Of a stretch of 55,716 nucleotides of DNA, positions 53,042 to 55,716 are shown one piece after another. The stretch spans positions 1,798,001-1,853,716 of the forward strand of contig VRMN01000004.1 in NCBI GenBank assembly GCA_008690995.1, written 5' to 3'. Position numbers and translations under genes: made by a program. Numbering within the stretch: position 1 is the first letter of the stretch; each line of letters begins with the position of its first letter. The notes beneath the pieces were generated by a model. That model worked only from the letters and a program-made list of their open reading frames with translations. It had not been told where the DNA came from and did no database searches. Source of the stretch: Porphyridium purpureum (Eukaryota).

Positions 53042-53262
53042 TGTCAATTATTCGTGTGAATAATTGACCAAGTACAGGTGTAGCTGTACCAAGTTACTTT
53101 GAGGGTTACCCGAACCCTCAATTTCTTGACCAGCGTATAAATACGCGGCGAGCGGCGGCGGGAAAGTAGCACTAGAACAAAAATAAAGGTTAAGGGTGTA
53201 TGGAAAAAGAACAAACCTTCCGCCCCGTGGGATAGCCTGACGGGGGATAGAGATGAACGACA
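53042..53262 (+). repeat. 3' LTR (221 bp)
   Basis: Direct repeat of 47506-47726. Confidence 0.96.
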
Positions 53263-53501
53263 GTTTGGTCCAAAAAATTGGATCTTATAGTGAAATAGCC
53301 CATTTTAATAGAAAACTTATTTTTAACTCTTTTTTTAACATTGTCAACATCGAGCATGACGGTGAACCAAGGCGCGGCGCGCGCGTTTTTGTTTTCCCCA
53401 GACCTTCAGAAGGTGCTCAAAGGATCTTCGCTCGCTGATCCATCTCCTCGTGCGCAAGTGGAGAGTCTCCAGATCGAAATTGAGCGCGCAACGGCCGGAC
53501 A

Positions 53502-54518
53502 ATGGCGCCGTGGCTATCGGAACACGAAAAGGGGCAGATCGACGCCCTTGCGGGCCAGGAACTGTCGGTGCGAGCCATTGCGAAGGCTCTGAAGCCTCGC
53601 CCAGATCGCTCGCGACCGTCCTATGCAACTGTGAGCCTTTGTCTGGCATCAAGGGGGCGCCGAATTGTCCGCAAGAAGCCAGGTCCGAAACGGCTTTTGA
53701 GTCGCAAATCGGAACGCCGCATCATTCGCGCCGTATCTGTTGATGCACTGACGTCCGGACAGGTGGTTCACGAGCTGCACTTGCAGTGCTCGGCCAGGAC
53801 AGTGCGTCGGACGCTTCAAGCAGCAGGCCTTCTTCGCTACAAGCGAGTCTCGCGGAAACCTTCGCTGTCGTCTGACAACATCAGGAAGCGATTGGCGTTT
53901 GCCACCGCATTCATTGCGAAACCAATGGCTTTCTGGCATCAAGTGGTCTTTTCAGACGAGAAGATTTGGAGCTGCGATGGCCCATTCGGCTCCTCGCAGC
54001 GATGGGTCGACTGTCGCGCTAAGTCAAGTTCGTACGCCAGGCGCCAGCACTCTGGAGGTGGCAAGGTTCACATGTGGGCCGGTATGTCCCTGCGCGGCCT
54101 AACAATGGCCGTCTTCGTCGAGGGTGGCTTGAATGCCGTGAAGTATCAACAAGTCTTGCTGGAAGCCTTGCTTCCGTTCGGCCTGGAAGTGTATGACTTC
54201 AATTTCACTTTCCAGCAAGACAATGCCCCGGCACATACGGCCAACTCGGCAAAGGCGTGGCTCGACGCACTCGGCGTCACTGTGCTGCCGTGGCCTGCAA
54301 GGTCTCCGGACCTTAACCCAATTGAAAACATTTGGGGCGTCTTGTCGCGCGTGGTTTACCGAAAAGGCCGCCAGTTCGCACGCGTCGCAGAACTTAAGGC
54401 TGCTGTGCTTGCGGCGTGGGCGACCGAGGCCCAAAAGTACGTAGTTCCACTTTTGGAGTCCATGCCTCGCCGTCTTCAAGCTGTACTAGTCGCGCGCGGC
54501 CACCACACCAAGTACTAA
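53502..54518 (+). CDS. Tc1-family transposase (DD34E), intact
   Basis: N-terminal HTH motifs, VFSDE, QQDNAPAH and WPARSPDLNPIE with 34 residues between the second D and E. Confidence 0.95.
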   Translation: MAPWLSEHEKGQIDALAGQELSVRAIAKALKPRPDRSRPSYATVSLCLASRGRRIVRKKPGPKRLLSRKSERRIIRAVSVDALTSGQVVHELHLQCSARTVRRTLQAAGLLRYKRVSRKPSLSSDNIRKRLAFATAFIAKPMAFWHQVVFSDEKIWSCDGPFGSSQRWVDCRAKSSSYARRQHSGGGKVHMWAGMSLRGLTMAVFVEGGLNAVKYQQVLLEALLPFGLEVYDFNFTFQQDNAPAHTANSAKAWLDALGVTVLPWPARSPDLNPIENIWGVLSRVVYRKGRQFARVAELKAAVLAAWATEAQKYVVPLLESMPRRLQAVLVARGHHTKY

Positions 54519-54747
54519 AGTCTCATCCTTCTTGATCTTCGTGTTTCTTTGTTACGTTCCAAAACCTGCGCCCCTCGCCAATACCCCCTTTTTGCTGTCT
54601 CCACTGCCCATGGGCTCTTTCCTTGCCTTTTCCTCCCGGTTGGACGCTCCCCCGTGTTTCTTGGGACGCGCGATCGATTGGCGTGCTCAAAACATACCCT
54701 TGTCTATAAAGATTCTTCACTTTTACACGAATTTCACTTTTTATGAG

Positions 54748-54775
54748 GGTGTTGCAAACATCTTGGCCAGGACTG
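54748..54775 (-). repeat. Tc1 right TIR
   Basis: Reverse complement CAGTCCTGGCCAAGATGTTTGCAACACC; followed by TA. Confidence 0.93.
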
Positions 54776-55167
54776 TATATACCTTTCAATGCGTTAAAAT
54801 AAAAGCCCGTACGACGTTCGGCATTCCTGGTGAAGCCGAGAAACAAATCTTCCTGCGGCTTCGCATGTCTCAAAGGTGCGGCGTGTGTTCCCGCCAGACG
54901 ACAGGTGTCGCGTCGCGTCAGTCAGAACAGGGACGAAGCGCGTGTGCGTTCTTCAAACCGGAAAAGAAAACGGAAAAAAAAAAAAGTCTGTTGGATTTTA
55001 AAAATATCATAAAACGGTCCTATTTTGCTATACACATTTTGGGGAATTTTTCGTTTAAGCGTTTGTGCAAGGTTAAGCTAAGCAGGTGGGAACGAGTGTA
55101 CTGGGTTGTGTGTCACGTAGGATGGCAAAGAGGGGGCGCATGGCGCACGGTGGGACCCTGCGGATGA

Positions 55168-55716
55168 GGGCATGGGTTTTATCGCCGACGCGGACAGAAG
55201 GCCGTGCAGCAATTTCTGGGGCGGGCGGCGCGGATTCTATGCCGCCGCCGCTTTCGCAGAACCCTGGGTCCCGGTACGGGAGGGATCGCCGACACCCCAG
55301 CGCGCGCGGCGTTCGATTCCAGATACAATGTGCGACCGCGGGAGACAGGTTTTGCGGGCCTCGCGCAAGGATTTGAGGGCGGACAGCGGCAGGAGCGCGG
55401 AGGGCGGCTTCGACAGCAGTATCCAGGGCAGCAGCCGCAGCAGCCACTTATGTGGCAGCGGAGATTGACGGAGCCGCATGTAGACGAGCTGGATCCGCTC
55501 AGTGCTTTTGCCATCGAGCAGAATCGACGCAGCGCGTCGCACTCGCGAACGGCGTCGAGGGAACTGGTTGTTGTCAGCTCTTCGGCAAGCACCGGCATCG
55601 TAGCGCATTCTTTGCAATCTGGGCACGAGCAGCAGGCCCTTGCGCGCTCGGCGCAAACTCCGACATCCACCCGAACTACAGTTATATACGATGCCGCGCT
55701 CACGCATGGCAAAGGC
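55168..55716 (+). CDS. Possible N-terminal, low-complexity part of a gene running off the window
   Basis: A + frame is open from 55168 to the window end (…QQYPGQQPQQPLMWQRRLTEPHVDELDPLSAF…). First in-frame ATG at 55450. No recognisable domain. Confidence 0.35.

Larger units (their letters stand above)
47506..53262 (+). mobile_element. Full-length young Ty1/Copia (GalEa-like) retrotransposon nested in Tc1
   Basis: 221-bp LTRs identical by eye (TGTC...GACA), TSD GTTTG at 47501-05 and 53263-67, single intact polyprotein ORF, PPT at 53023-53041. Confidence 0.97.
47469..54775 (+). mobile_element. Tc1/mariner DNA transposon (1545 bp when the nested Copia is removed)
   Basis: 28-bp TIRs with one mismatch, TA on both flanks (47467-68 and 54776-77), DD34E transposase. 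Confidence 0.95.

Overview
Eukaryotic, intron-poor, GC-rich window. The gene content (Hint-domain secreted protein, GalEa-like Copia elements, SBPase without a transit peptide) suggests a unicellular red alga such as Porphyridium; this is an inference, not a database result. Left to right: the 3' end of a Ty3/gypsy element with its LTR; SBPase; VPS11; an orphan membrane protein; a decayed Copia element whose 3' LTR carries a gypsy solo-LTR; a secreted trypsin-Hint fusion; a head-to-head pair of paralogous AIG1/GIMAP-like GTPases, one fused to WW-like repeats and an alpha-kinase; a five-module mosaic DUF285/BspA-like surface protein; a small secreted protein; a flavin monooxygenase pseudogene; and a Tc1 transposon with a young Copia inserted near its left TIR. 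The best candidate for an undescribed system is the divergent GTPase / WW-GTPase-alpha-kinase pair. It sits in a TE-rich accessory region beside an autoprocessing protease and a recombining surface protein. The young Copia is also unusual: it has a palindrome where the PBS should be and a degenerate RT active site.
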